DNA of 64,000 nt from Nannocystales bacterium (GTDB taxonomy: Bacteria > Myxococcota_A > Polyangia > Nannocystales > Nannocystaceae): the NCBI GenBank assembly GCA_050633305.1, contig JBOEGF010000040.1:28540-92539 (forward strand), written 5' to 3'. The notes under the pieces are model-generated. The model was not told the DNA's origin. It did not search any database and saw nothing but the letters and a program-made list of their open reading frames with translations. The first letter of the stretch is position 1, and every line of letters starts with the position of its first letter. Below, in pieces: positions 37,802 through 48,200 of the stretch. The position numbers and the translations under genes were made by a program.

Positions 37802-40507
37802 GTGTCCCGTAGTCCCGACGACTCGCGTACCGCCGGTCACCCGCCGGATGTCCCGTCCAAGCCCTCGAGCGGGTCCGACTTGCCGCTCACCAGCTTTCGG
37901 CAGACAAAACCGGTCGCGGACTTCGAGTCCAAGCGGATCGAAGCCGAGGTGAGACGCCGGCTCGTGGGCGGGCCTCCCACCGTGGTCGGACGCTACGAGA
38001 TCGAGTCGAAAATCGGAGGTGGCAGCGGCGGCTATGTGTATCGTGCCTACGATCCCAGGCTCCGACGTTCCGTTGCACTCAAGGTCCTGAGCCTCACGAC
38101 AGCGCCGTTCCTGCAGCGCGAGGCCGCAGCCTTGGCTCAGATCGCACATGCCAACATCGTCCGCGTGTTCGATGTCGTGCGGGGAGATGACGTTGCGGCG
38201 CTGGTCATGGAGCTGCTCGACGGCGTGACGCTGCTTCAGCCCGAGCGTTTGGAGGCCCCGAGGGTGCTGCGCCACTACCTCGACATCGGTGAGGGGCTCG
38301 CGGCCATGCACCGCGCAGGGCTGGTCCATCGCGACGTAAAGCCCGACAACATCGTGGTCAGTCGCGCAGGGGAGGCCAAGCTTCTGGACTTCGGGCTGGT
38401 GCGTGCGATCGGGACCGTGACCCCCGGCGGCGAAGGGACACCCGGCTTCGCCCCTCCCGAGCAAGTTCGCGGGGGAACGGTCGACCCTCGGAGCGACCAG
38501 TACGCCTACTGCCAGTCCCTGCGAGCGGCGGTGGCCGGAACGCCAGACGAGCCTCGCTTGCGTGCTGCGCTCGAGCGTGGCTGTGTCAGCGATCCCCAGA
38601 TGCGGTGGTCCTCGATGGACGCGTTGCTCGCAGCGCTACAGATGCGTGTGTCCGCGCGGCGCCGCTGGGGCGGCGTGGCTGTCCTGGGCGCACTGAGTGT
38701 GACCGTGGTCTTGGCGTCGTTGTTCCGAGAGGCGCCCGATCCGTGCGCCAACGTTGTTGCGCCTCGCTGGGACCAAACCCGGCGAGACTCGATCGCTGCC
38801 AATATCCGCGACGACCCCGAACGCGCCGGGGAGGTCGTGGAGCTCGTCGATGAAACGCTCGCCGCTTGGCATGACGTTCACACCCGGGTGTGCGACATCA
38901 ACGGTGGAGCGTCCGAACGACAGCGCGTCTGCTTGGAGGACGTCTCTCGGGGAGCGGAACGCATCCTGGCAAAGCTCGCCGAGACACCCACCTCCGCCGA
39001 TGCGGCCTGGGCCTGGCTGTCCAGAGGGACAACCGCGACGCAGTGCGAGGACACGCCGCTGCCACCGCGATACCGCCGGGCCGGCTCCCAGCGCGAAGAG
39101 GCGCTCCGAGAGACGCTCCTGGACGCCGGAGTCGATCTGAGAGTCGGCGAGTATCAAGACTCGCTCCACGCCAGCGAGCGCGTTTGGGCAGAGGCGGAGC
39201 GCCTCGACTCGTGCCTCGTCTCGCCTCGCGCTGCGCTGTTTGCTGGCTTCGCGAGTTCGCACCTGGGCAACAGGGCTCAGGCCGAAGCCTGGTTCGATCG
39301 CGCGCTGTGGCGCTCGATGAAGTGCGGTGACCAGTCGACGGTGGCGGAGGCGGCGGGTCGGTTGGCTTCGCTCGAATCCCAGCGCAGCCCGGGCAGCCCA
39401 CGAGCGCTCCGATTCTCGCGGCAGGCCGCAGCTGCACTCGACGTCCTAGGATGGCCCGCGGTCCTTTCGGCGAACCATTTCGCAGCGCTCACGCAGCTGC
39501 ATCTGCAACGCGGCGAGGCAGACCAAGGCCTCGTTGCCGCGCGGCGTGGGCTGGAGCTCATCGAGGAGGCGATGGGCGTCGATACCCGGCCCACAATCGC
39601 CTTCCACAGCAACCTCAGCTCCGCGCTCAATGCCACGGGCGATCTGTCAGCCTCGATGGAGAGGAGCAAGAAGGCCCTGGCCCTCAGCATCGAGCACCAC
39701 GGGCCGGACCACCCATCCACGCTCATCGTCATGGGCAACCTCGCCATTTCGCTGGCCACCGCCGGGGAAACGGCCGAGGCCGCGGCACTCCTCGCGACAG
39801 CGATCGAGTCCCGCCGAACAACGTCGGAGGAGCCTCGTGCGTTGTTGGTGATGTTGTCCAACCTCGGCGACCTGCAGTTGAGCTTGGAGCGGTGGGTCGC
39901 TGCCGAGGCCAGCCTCCGCGAAGCCATCGAGCTGCTCGGGCCAGATCCGTTCCCGCTGCTTGAAGTGCGGCTGTACGACGCTCTGGGGATCTCGTTGCTC
40001 GAGCAGGGACGGCTGACCCAAGCCGAACAGGCCCTGTCGCGTTCACAGATCCTGGCCGAGGACGCTTTCGGCCAAACCCACATCGAGGCGGTGACGGGTC
40101 GGCTCACACTCGCGCACCTGCACCTGCGCCGTGGCGAGTTGCACGAGGCCGGGTCGGTTGCGGCCGAAGTGCTTCTCGCCGCCGCTGAACTGGAAGACGA
40201 GTCGCTGGTTGCTTTGGCCGAGCAGGCCCTGGGCGACGTGGCGCTCGCGCACGAACACTACGACAATGCCGTGGCTCACTACGCCCGCGCCGTGAAGCAC
40301 AGCCGGGCGATCGGCATGGCGGGTGACGATCTGGCTGCGCCGTTGTTCGCTCTCGCGGGGAGCCAACGCGCGGCAGGCGACGAAGCGGGAGCGTTGGCCT
40401 CGGCCCGAGAGGCTGGCCGCGCGGTTCAGGATGTCCGCCACCCTCTCGTCGGCAAGATCCAAGCGTTTGTGGCATCCCCAGGAAAACTCTCGTCTGCGGA
40501 GAAGTAG
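37802..40507 (+). CDS. Ser/Thr protein kinase with TM segment and TPR repeats
   Basis: IGGGSGGYVY, VALK, HRDVKPDN, DFG, GTPGFAPPE; TM GVAVLGALSVTVVLA; TPR-like HGPDHPSTLIVMGNLA. Confidence 0.95.
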   Translation: MSRSPDDSRTAGHPPDVPSKPSSGSDLPLTSFRQTKPVADFESKRIEAEVRRRLVGGPPTVVGRYEIESKIGGGSGGYVYRAYDPRLRRSVALKVLSLTTAPFLQREAAALAQIAHANIVRVFDVVRGDDVAALVMELLDGVTLLQPERLEAPRVLRHYLDIGEGLAAMHRAGLVHRDVKPDNIVVSRAGEAKLLDFGLVRAIGTVTPGGEGTPGFAPPEQVRGGTVDPRSDQYAYCQSLRAAVAGTPDEPRLRAALERGCVSDPQMRWSSMDALLAALQMRVSARRRWGGVAVLGALSVTVVLASLFREAPDPCANVVAPRWDQTRRDSIAANIRDDPERAGEVVELVDETLAAWHDVHTRVCDINGGASERQRVCLEDVSRGAERILAKLAETPTSADAAWAWLSRGTTATQCEDTPLPPRYRRAGSQREEALRETLLDAGVDLRVGEYQDSLHASERVWAEAERLDSCLVSPRAALFAGFASSHLGNRAQAEAWFDRALWRSMKCGDQSTVAEAAGRLASLESQRSPGSPRALRFSRQAAAALDVLGWPAVLSANHFAALTQLHLQRGEADQGLVAARRGLELIEEAMGVDTRPTIAFHSNLSSALNATGDLSASMERSKKALALSIEHHGPDHPSTLIVMGNLAISLATAGETAEAAALLATAIESRRTTSEEPRALLVMLSNLGDLQLSLERWVAAEASLREAIELLGPDPFPLLEVRLYDALGISLLEQGRLTQAEQALSRSQILAEDAFGQTHIEAVTGRLTLAHLHLRRGELHEAGSVAAEVLLAAAELEDESLVALAEQALGDVALAHEHYDNAVAHYARAVKHSRAIGMAGDDLAAPLFALAGSQRAAGDEAGALASAREAGRAVQDVRHPLVGKIQAFVASPGKLSSAEK

Positions 40508-40589
40508 AACCAGACACCCGACGCTCGCTCGGCCCTCCACGATGTGGCCTCGTTGCCAGCGGAGGCCCGGTGGGGTTCGGTCGCCGCGG

Positions 40590-41501
40590 CTACATCAGGT
40601 AGAACGTATCCGCAGGATACGGTTCGGGGATGTTCTCCTCCTCGAGAAGCTGCAGAGTGGTGATCTCCACAGACCGGGCAATGGCGGTCACGGGCGTGTC
40701 GGTCGGTTGATTCGAGAACGGGTCCTGCATCTGGCGAGACGTTCGCTCGAGCAGGAGGAATGGGGTCGAGATCGCCGTGGTGACGGCGATCTCCCAGTAG
40801 CCCTCCACTTCGCCCAGCGAGATCGAAAGCACCGTGATGAAGACGTAGATGAACGCCTTGAGGAACATTCGGTAGGTCTTCGGAAAGACGGTCTTACGGA
40901 TGCGCTCCGCCTTCCCCATCGAATCGGTCAGCCGCGTCAACGTGTCGTCCACCGCCACTCGTTGATAGTCCGTGAGTGCCGCACGGCCAGCGAGGGCCGA
41001 CAGCGCGCGCGCGTGAAATTGCAGCAGCGCGACGGGACGATTGTCGTGTCGCTCCAGCTCCTCGATCTCTGCGTCGTCGAGGTGCTCCACGGTGTGCTCT
41101 CGCCAGTCGAGTCCACGGAGGCTCTGCCCCAGGCAATAGCACCACGCGATCTGCCGACGTGCGATCCCGCGGACGAGCGCGCCCACCTGCTCATCGCCAG
41201 GCGCGGAGTCCGAGGTGAAGGAGAGCGCTTGGCGGACGAGGCTGCGGGAGTCGTTGACGACCGCGCCCCACACCTTTCGGGCTTCCCACCATCGGTCGTA
41301 GGTCTGGTTGAGCTTAAACGAGAGGATCAGAGAGATCGCCGTGCCCAAGAACGCAGCGATCGCGATCGGCAGGTCCGGAAGATATGCGCGTTCGTACTCG
41401 ACCAGCACCGCTCCTCCCACCGAGATTCCAAGAACGGCCAGGAAGTCCTTCCAAACGCTACGGAAGACAAAGCCAACGGGGATGTCTCGCTCCAGAAGCA
41501 T
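40590..41501 (-). CDS. Bestrophin-family ion channel
   Basis: LGTAISLILSFKLNQTYDRWWEARKVWG, ERIRKTVFP, QDPF. Confidence 0.95.
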   Translation of the reverse strand: MLLERDIPVGFVFRSVWKDFLAVLGISVGGAVLVEYERAYLPDLPIAIAAFLGTAISLILSFKLNQTYDRWWEARKVWGAVVNDSRSLVRQALSFTSDSAPGDEQVGALVRGIARRQIAWCYCLGQSLRGLDWREHTVEHLDDAEIEELERHDNRPVALLQFHARALSALAGRAALTDYQRVAVDDTLTRLTDSMGKAERIRKTVFPKTYRMFLKAFIYVFITVLSISLGEVEGYWEIAVTTAISTPFLLLERTSRQMQDPFSNQPTDTPVTAIARSVEITTLQLLEEENIPEPYPADTFYLM

Positions 41502-41850
41502 CGGCGCGGCAAAGGTATCCGAGTTGCGCCAACGTCGACAACAACAACGACGGTCATTGCCCTATGGGGGGACCCGCGGTGCCGTCTTGCTGGCAGCGTA
41601 GGAAGCGGGGTCGGTTCCGCGCAGTCACGAAGGCCGTAGGGCGTCACAGAGACCGACAGTCTGCAAAGCGGGGCCCGCCGCGCTCGGGCGTGCTGGCTCG
41701 CGCTGATGAAACGCAGACCGATCCCAAGTAGCTCGCGCTGTTGGTCCCTCGCGAGCTCCTCGAGCCCCGGCCGCGACAACCTTGCTGGACGCATCAAGGG
41801 CCCTGTTCATCTGGCTCACCCTCGTGCCCACGTGCGAAGCTCGCGATGTG

Positions 41851-43782
41851 ATGGCTGGGCCGAGACGGACGCTTCTCCTCGTGGTGTTTCTTCTTGCCTG
41901 CGTGCTCGCGTGGCTGCCGTTGACCCTCGGTCCGAGCGTGGATGCCCCCTCGGTGCTGGCCGAGGGCCCACCGCCGGCACTGATTGTGTCGCCCACGCTG
42001 GCGCAGCAGGCCCCCGACACGATCGAGGAACTCAAGACGCAGATCGCGGACGTCCTGCGGCGTGAAGGCGTGCCGGGGGTCGGGCTGGCGATCGTCGACG
42101 CGGATGGGGTCACGTGGGCCGGCGGCGTTGGGGTTGCGGACCTCGCCTCGGGTCGGGCGGTCGATGAGCACACGGTGTTTCGTGTCGCATCGGTCACGAA
42201 GAGCATCGTGGGACTGGGGGTGATGCGGCTGCACGAGCAGGGGGCCCTCGACTTGGACCAGCCCCTTCGCGAAGCCTTGCCAGAGCTTCCGCTCGACAAC
42301 GACTGGTCGCAGCAGGCCCCCGTCACCTTGGCGCATGCCTTGGAGCACACGGCCGGCTTCGATGACATGCACTTCAACGAGTACTTCACCGAGAACGAAG
42401 CGATGACACCTGCAGAAGCGTTGGCGATCAATCCGCGCTCCCGGGTGGTGCGCTGGCGCCCGGGCTCCCGGATGTCGTACAGCAATGTCGGCTACTCGGT
42501 GGCCGCATTGGCGATCGAACGAGCGACCGGCACCCGCTTTGACGCGTGGTTGCGCGAGCACGTGCTGCATCCGATCGGAATGGGCGAAACCGAGTTCGCC
42601 CGCACCCCGGCGCTGCGCGAGCGACTTGCGACCGGACATGTTCAGCCCGGCACGCCGGCTGTGTTTCGCCCGATCTCTCACCGGGCGGCCGGTGCCTTGC
42701 TCGCGACACCACGGCAGCTTGGGCAGCTCGTTCACTTTTGGCTGACCCGGGGGGAGGACTATCCACAGGTGGTCTCCGCGGCGGGGTTCGATCGAATCGA
42801 GACCATGGGCACGGGGTCGATCCGGCCCACCGACGCAAGCTACGGGCTGGGCAACTACGGTGATGTGGCCCATCCATCGCTTGGGCGCGGTCACGACGGG
42901 GGACTGCCCGGGTTTTTGTCCTGCTACCGCTACTTCCCCGAGCTGTCCTCGGGCTACGTCATGCTGCTCAATGCGACCCACTCGCCCCGGGCGTATAGCG
43001 AGATTCGGGGGCTGCTGTTCCGCTACATCACTCGCGACGGGTCGCTGCCGTCCCCGCCACGGATCGAGCCGGACCCGGAACGTGAGCGACACGCCGGGTT
43101 CTACAGATTCGCCAACCCTCGCCACTCGCTGTTTGGTTTCGTCGAGCGTGCGCTGCTGGGCTGGAACGCCACGGCCAACGCTCGGGGGATGCACATGGAG
43201 GGGCTTGTGGGGCCGGGCGCGCAGATCGTGCCTGCGGGGGATGGCGCGTACAAGCTCGCGGGGCAGGGGGGCTCTTCGATCCGGTTTGGCAGGGATGCGG
43301 ATGGGCAGAGGGTGATGGTCGCAGGCGGGGCGTATACGGAGGAGGGCTCGTGGTTGGTGGCGCAGTGGCGCGTTCGGGTGCTTGCCGCTGCGTCGTTGCT
43401 GCTTCAGGTCGCTCCGTTGTGGTGCATCGGTTGGATTTTGTGGACGGTTGTGCGGCGCCGGTCGTGGACCGAGGCTGGGGTGGTGGTTTGGCCCGCGGTG
43501 GCGGGGGGGTGCTTCGTTGCGATGCCGATGTTGTTGCAGGCGGCGGGGGCACGAGATGCGTTGGGGGTCGTTGACCCGACTACGGTTGCGCTGTTTGTCG
43601 TGACGTTGGTGTTCGCGTTGTCCTCGGTAGCGGGCTTGTGGGCGGCGCTTCGAGCGGGGGCGGTGGCCCGGACACCGCTGTGGCCGCGGGTTGTACCGAG
43701 TCTTGCCTCGACAGCTGCGGTTGGAATGACGCTGTGGCTTGGTGCCAACGGGATCATCGGCCTTCGGCTTTGGGTGTGGTGA
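41851..43782 (+). CDS. Serine hydrolase (beta-lactamase/PBP-like) with C-terminal TM helices
   Basis: FRVASVTKS (SxxK), LEHTAG, YSNVGY, GHDGG; hydrophobic C-terminus. Confidence 0.92.
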   Translation: MAGPRRTLLLVVFLLACVLAWLPLTLGPSVDAPSVLAEGPPPALIVSPTLAQQAPDTIEELKTQIADVLRREGVPGVGLAIVDADGVTWAGGVGVADLASGRAVDEHTVFRVASVTKSIVGLGVMRLHEQGALDLDQPLREALPELPLDNDWSQQAPVTLAHALEHTAGFDDMHFNEYFTENEAMTPAEALAINPRSRVVRWRPGSRMSYSNVGYSVAALAIERATGTRFDAWLREHVLHPIGMGETEFARTPALRERLATGHVQPGTPAVFRPISHRAAGALLATPRQLGQLVHFWLTRGEDYPQVVSAAGFDRIETMGTGSIRPTDASYGLGNYGDVAHPSLGRGHDGGLPGFLSCYRYFPELSSGYVMLLNATHSPRAYSEIRGLLFRYITRDGSLPSPPRIEPDPERERHAGFYRFANPRHSLFGFVERALLGWNATANARGMHMEGLVGPGAQIVPAGDGAYKLAGQGGSSIRFGRDADGQRVMVAGGAYTEEGSWLVAQWRVRVLAAASLLLQVAPLWCIGWILWTVVRRRSWTEAGVVVWPAVAGGCFVAMPMLLQAAGARDALGVVDPTTVALFVVTLVFALSSVAGLWAALRAGAVARTPLWPRVVPSLASTAAVGMTLWLGANGIIGLRLWVW

Positions 43783-43991
43783 GGGGGGTTGTTGGTGGCC
43801 GATCACGGTCGATGAGGCGGGTCCAGTAACAGTTGTTCTCGCGTCGCGGATCAGGCTCGCGTCCCCGTGAAGGAGACCGACTTCCCGGACCGCATGCTCT
43901 GAGCGTCCCGCGTGCCGTGCGCGACGAACCCTGTCGCCCAACGCCACAGCCGCTTGCGTTGGGAGGGACCACTGAGGAGACTGCACCGACG

Positions 43992-45269
43992 GTGGCTCTA
44001 CGTCCGATCAAGCTTCGACTGGACGGTGAAGAGATCCACCTCGTGCCTTCCCGGGAGCTGGAGCGGTGGGGTGGCTTCATCAACGGGCCGCGAGCTGCAT
44101 ACACATTGGTGACCCCGGACAACGTCGCCGAGCTCCGAGGGGCACTGCTGATACCGGGGTGGGTCGATAGCCAGGAGGTGTTCACCGAGCTCCGCAAGCA
44201 ACTCGAGGATGGCATGGCGCTGTTCTTCGAGGTCCCGCCCGAGCCCGTGACCTGGGACGCACCCGAAGTCATCGACATCCACGATCTGCTGCCTCAGGGG
44301 GGCGATGACAACAGCCTGGAGCCGGATCGCCCGAGTCCCCAGCCCGAGTTGCATTGGATAGAGGTGGTTTGCATCTCAGCGGAGGGGGGGCTGTTCGCCG
44401 GAGCCCGGGCGCGGGCCCGACTGCCAGACGGGCGCAGTGAGTCGGTCACGCTGGACGGGCGCGGGTCGGTTCGCTTCGACGAGATCACCGGGGGTGGCAC
44501 CGTGCATTTCGAACTGTCCGGGGACGCAGTACCCCACGGTGCCGGGTCGGTCCCGGTCGGCCAACGCTACGAGCTTGGGGCGCCGATCGGCCTGGTGACG
44601 CGGAAGCGCCACGTGCTGATCGTTCACCCCAACCCGGAAGCCTTCGTCTCCGTTGCGGTCCTCGTCGACGACGAGCCGGTCGCCGTAGGGCGCTACACGC
44701 TGACCACCGCCAACGGAGAAAAGACAGGGAGCTTAGGACCGGAGGCGGTGCGCGAGGACGGTTTCGTCCTGCCCTCCGCGAGCAGCTTCGGTTTCGAGGG
44801 GGTGGTCCTCACGCCCCGACCCGACGTCCCGACCTCGCCAACTTGGATCACGATCGAGGCCCTCCATGCCAGCGACGATGCGCCGGTTGTCGGCCGATCC
44901 GTTCGCCTGGAGTTTCCCTCGGGCGCAGAGCAAATCCGCCAGACCGGGGAGGACGGGCGCGCAACGTTCGAGGGTCTCCAACCCGGGGACTTGTTCGCGG
45001 CGCATGTGCTTACGAGTTCATCGGCGCAGGATGCCGAGAAGACCGACCTCGACGAGGTTGAGGGGTTGGAAGGCGAACCCGATGAGGACGAGGCGGAGGA
45101 ATCGTCCGAAGAGGCCGCTCCCCAAGAGGAGTTCGAGATCGCCGAGGACGAAGATATCGCGCCGCCTCCAAGCGATTCGCCTCCGCCGGATTTCGAAGAA
45201 CTCGGGGAAGCTTCCGACGCCGAGGAAGTCGATGACGACGACCTCGAAGATGAGAGGGACGACCGATGA
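43992..45269 (+). CDS. Hypothetical protein with repeated transthyretin/Ig-like modules and acidic tail (secretion-associated)
   Basis: GAGGAG RBS; modules WIEVVC...RLPDGRSESVTLDGRGSVRF and WITIEA...FPSGAEQIRQTGEDGRATF; D/E-rich tail. Confidence 0.75.
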   Translation: MALRPIKLRLDGEEIHLVPSRELERWGGFINGPRAAYTLVTPDNVAELRGALLIPGWVDSQEVFTELRKQLEDGMALFFEVPPEPVTWDAPEVIDIHDLLPQGGDDNSLEPDRPSPQPELHWIEVVCISAEGGLFAGARARARLPDGRSESVTLDGRGSVRFDEITGGGTVHFELSGDAVPHGAGSVPVGQRYELGAPIGLVTRKRHVLIVHPNPEAFVSVAVLVDDEPVAVGRYTLTTANGEKTGSLGPEAVREDGFVLPSASSFGFEGVVLTPRPDVPTSPTWITIEALHASDDAPVVGRSVRLEFPSGAEQIRQTGEDGRATFEGLQPGDLFAAHVLTSSSAQDAEKTDLDEVEGLEGEPDEDEAEESSEEAAPQEEFEIAEDEDIAPPPSDSPPPDFEELGEASDAEEVDDDDLEDERDDR

Positions 45270-48200
45270 GCCGCACACTCGTTGAGATGCATGGCCTCGC
45301 GCCTACCAAGGTTCATACCGCGAAGCTCGACCTGCCGCGCGTCGAACTCCGCTTGGAGATCACAGATCCGCGGACGGGTGCGGCGCGCGTGCTGCCGCCT
45401 GGGCCGATGGTGTCATTGGTCGATGGGGCGAGCGCGGCCAGTGATGAGGCCAAGGTGGTCGAGAACGGTCGGGCGAGTCTTCTGGGAAGCTCTTCTTCGA
45501 CCGACGTCGGGGTCGAGATCGACTTCAAGGACCACGAGTGGCTCGACCTCGACGCGGCGGCCTACGTGCCTGAGGCCGACGTACAGGTCAACGATGTGCG
45601 GCCCTTGCTTCGTCTCCCGAAGAAATGGCGCAGCCGCAGCCAGGCTTCGTTCTCCGACGACCGGTCGGGAGCGTTCTCAGGCGGAACGCTCGCAAGCCTC
45701 GAGGATGGCAAGCTGGGCAGCGACTCAAAACCATGGGTGTTGGGCCTCGACCATGGGTGGCGGCGCTTTCTCCTGGAGCTTCGGTACTCGAACACCGCTT
45801 CCGGCGGCCAATCGGCCCTGCCACCGGGTCCCGTGGTCAAGGCTGCCTACGACGCGGGAGCACCAAAGTTCCGGCTCGCGGGTGCAAGCACCGTACTCGA
45901 CGGCAATGGTCTGGTTGCGCTGTGGCTGTTCGATTCGTCAGTCGAGCTGGACGATCTGCGGGTGGTCATGTTGTGCGCAGACGACACCTATATCGAAATG
46001 GAGGCGGGAACCCTCAAAACCGTCTCCCGCGCGAAACACCGGGCGATGCTGCCAAAGGCGAGGGCCCGGCTTCATGCGCTGCCGAGCTTTCTTCGTCTGC
46101 ACGAGCAAGCCGCAGAGCAAGCGAGTCACCGAGGTCCACTCGCAACGCTCTTGCCCGATGTTAGCCAAGCGCCGGCCAGAGTCCGCGTACCCATCGACAT
46201 GCTGGTCGAGCTGCGATTGGTGTTGCACGACCCCGTAGCGGGGGCTGCCGTTCCGATCCCGCCGGGTGTCGAGGTCCTCCTCACGGACCACAAGAACCGC
46301 GCCGTCGTTTCGGCCGACACGGACGCCGACGGTCGCGTCACGCTGTTTGTGCCGCCGGCGAGTCGTGAGGTCGGGATCGAGATCGACTTCGCCGAGGCGC
46401 CGTACCTTGACCTGGTGGCTGCGGCCTTCGTTGCGAAGGAGGAAGCCGAACCCAACGTCAAGCTGCGCCTCATTCGACTGCCGGACCGGTGGCGGAGCAT
46501 CGACCAGCCCGAACTCTCCGATGACCGGGAAGGGCTGGTGGTGTCCGGGCGTCTGCAAGATCTGGAAGAAGGGGACTTCGGCACGCCGGACTCGCCATGG
46601 GAGATCGATCTTGGCCACGCATGGGAACGCACCGAGCTGGTGTTCCAGTACTACGACGTCACTGCGCTCGACGTTCGACCGGTCGTGTTCGGTCCGTTGG
46701 TCGAGGCGTTCGACGACACGCGCATGCGCGAGCGAGACCTCGTCGCGGCATCGACGATCCTCGATGAGCAGGGACGCGCGCACCTGATGTTCTTCCGCTC
46801 GGTCGACCCGCAGAAGCTCCAGATTCGCCTGCGAACGGAGGTCAACACGGTGGCTGTGACGACAGAGACCGACCCGGAGCTGCGCGTGCAGCGTGTGGGT
46901 AAGGCTGGCCTGCGAGCGATGCCGGTCGCTGATCGGCAGCGTCAATACCCGCTGCCGTCGTTGTGGCTTTCACGGGGCCAGAACTGTCGGAGCGAGGAAG
47001 CGACGTCTGCAGGCGGGACTCTGTTTGAGGACGCGATCGAAGGGGCACTCGACACCGACGTGCTCCCCCCGCGGCTTCACTTCGACCTGGACGACTTCGT
47101 GCTGGTGAATGCGTCGGAAGTTCCCATTGGGTTCGGTCGGGAGCTGGACCTCACGATCTTCCACCACGACATGTCGATCCGCGCTCCACGAACGGGAACG
47201 CATCAAGCCTACTTCAGCGACATCGCGGCGGGGCTCAATCACTTCGCCGGAAACCGGGCGTACTACACCAGGGGCGTGGGCGCGGCCCAGACCACCCGCG
47301 TCATTCGTCGCGGCATGACGTTCTACGACCTGAAGCGCGAGCGCACACATCGCGGCCGACTCATCGGTGTGCGTGCAGCGGTCGCGGGCGACCACCCGCA
47401 TGAGAGGATCTTCCTCAAGCAGGAGCCGGGAACGGGCCCGAACCTGTCGAACTGCGACATGCACTACTTCGAAGACGTCGCTTCGGATCTGGCGGTGCCT
47501 GGACGTTCGATCTCGGTGCTGATGGTGTGCTTCTCGGTGCGGATCCGGCGGCTTGTGAAAGACCCCCACGATACCGAGTTGAACAACCTTCAGGATGCTC
47601 TGGGGAGGGCCGCCGAGCGTTGGTCGGGCGGGAGTTTGGAGGACGTGCTTGCAGGGGTAACACCGAAGACTCCAGATGTTCGGCTACGGACAGACGATGG
47701 CGCGCATGACCTGAAGTTTGCGTTTCACTTCCCAGCGTTCGATGACCGTGAGGGACACGCGGCGATGTGGCTCCGTAACGAGCCGCGGGCGTTTTCGCTG
47801 TCGACGTTTGGGATCATCGTCGTCGCGAAGGCGGATTCGATTGCGGGGGGAACAGAGGCTGGAATCGAGCATGCCCACCTGTTCCCCAGCGAGACGATAG
47901 CGCACGAACTTGGTCACTCTATGGGTCTTGGTGACGAGTATTTTGAGCGTCTCATGGCGTCGGAACCCATGCCGCGGGTTCGCCAGTTCAGCTGGGACTT
48001 CCTACATTTTTCGTTCGACGACCACAGCCTCATGCACGGGGAGTTCGCTCCGCGGCTTCGACACTACTGGGTGTTCTCCCGGTGGCTGGAGCGGAGCACG
48101 AGAGTCCCACGCGTGAAGCAGGGCGGCTATGCGATCACATGTGACACGTCAGTCCTACCCTTGTCAGGAAAGGGGCGTGCACACCGTTTTCGCCTCCCCG

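Noticed and set aside
43260..43780. Strongly G/T-skewed stretch
   Set aside because: Explained by codons for the Val/Gly/Trp/Leu-rich TM helices of the serine hydrolase.
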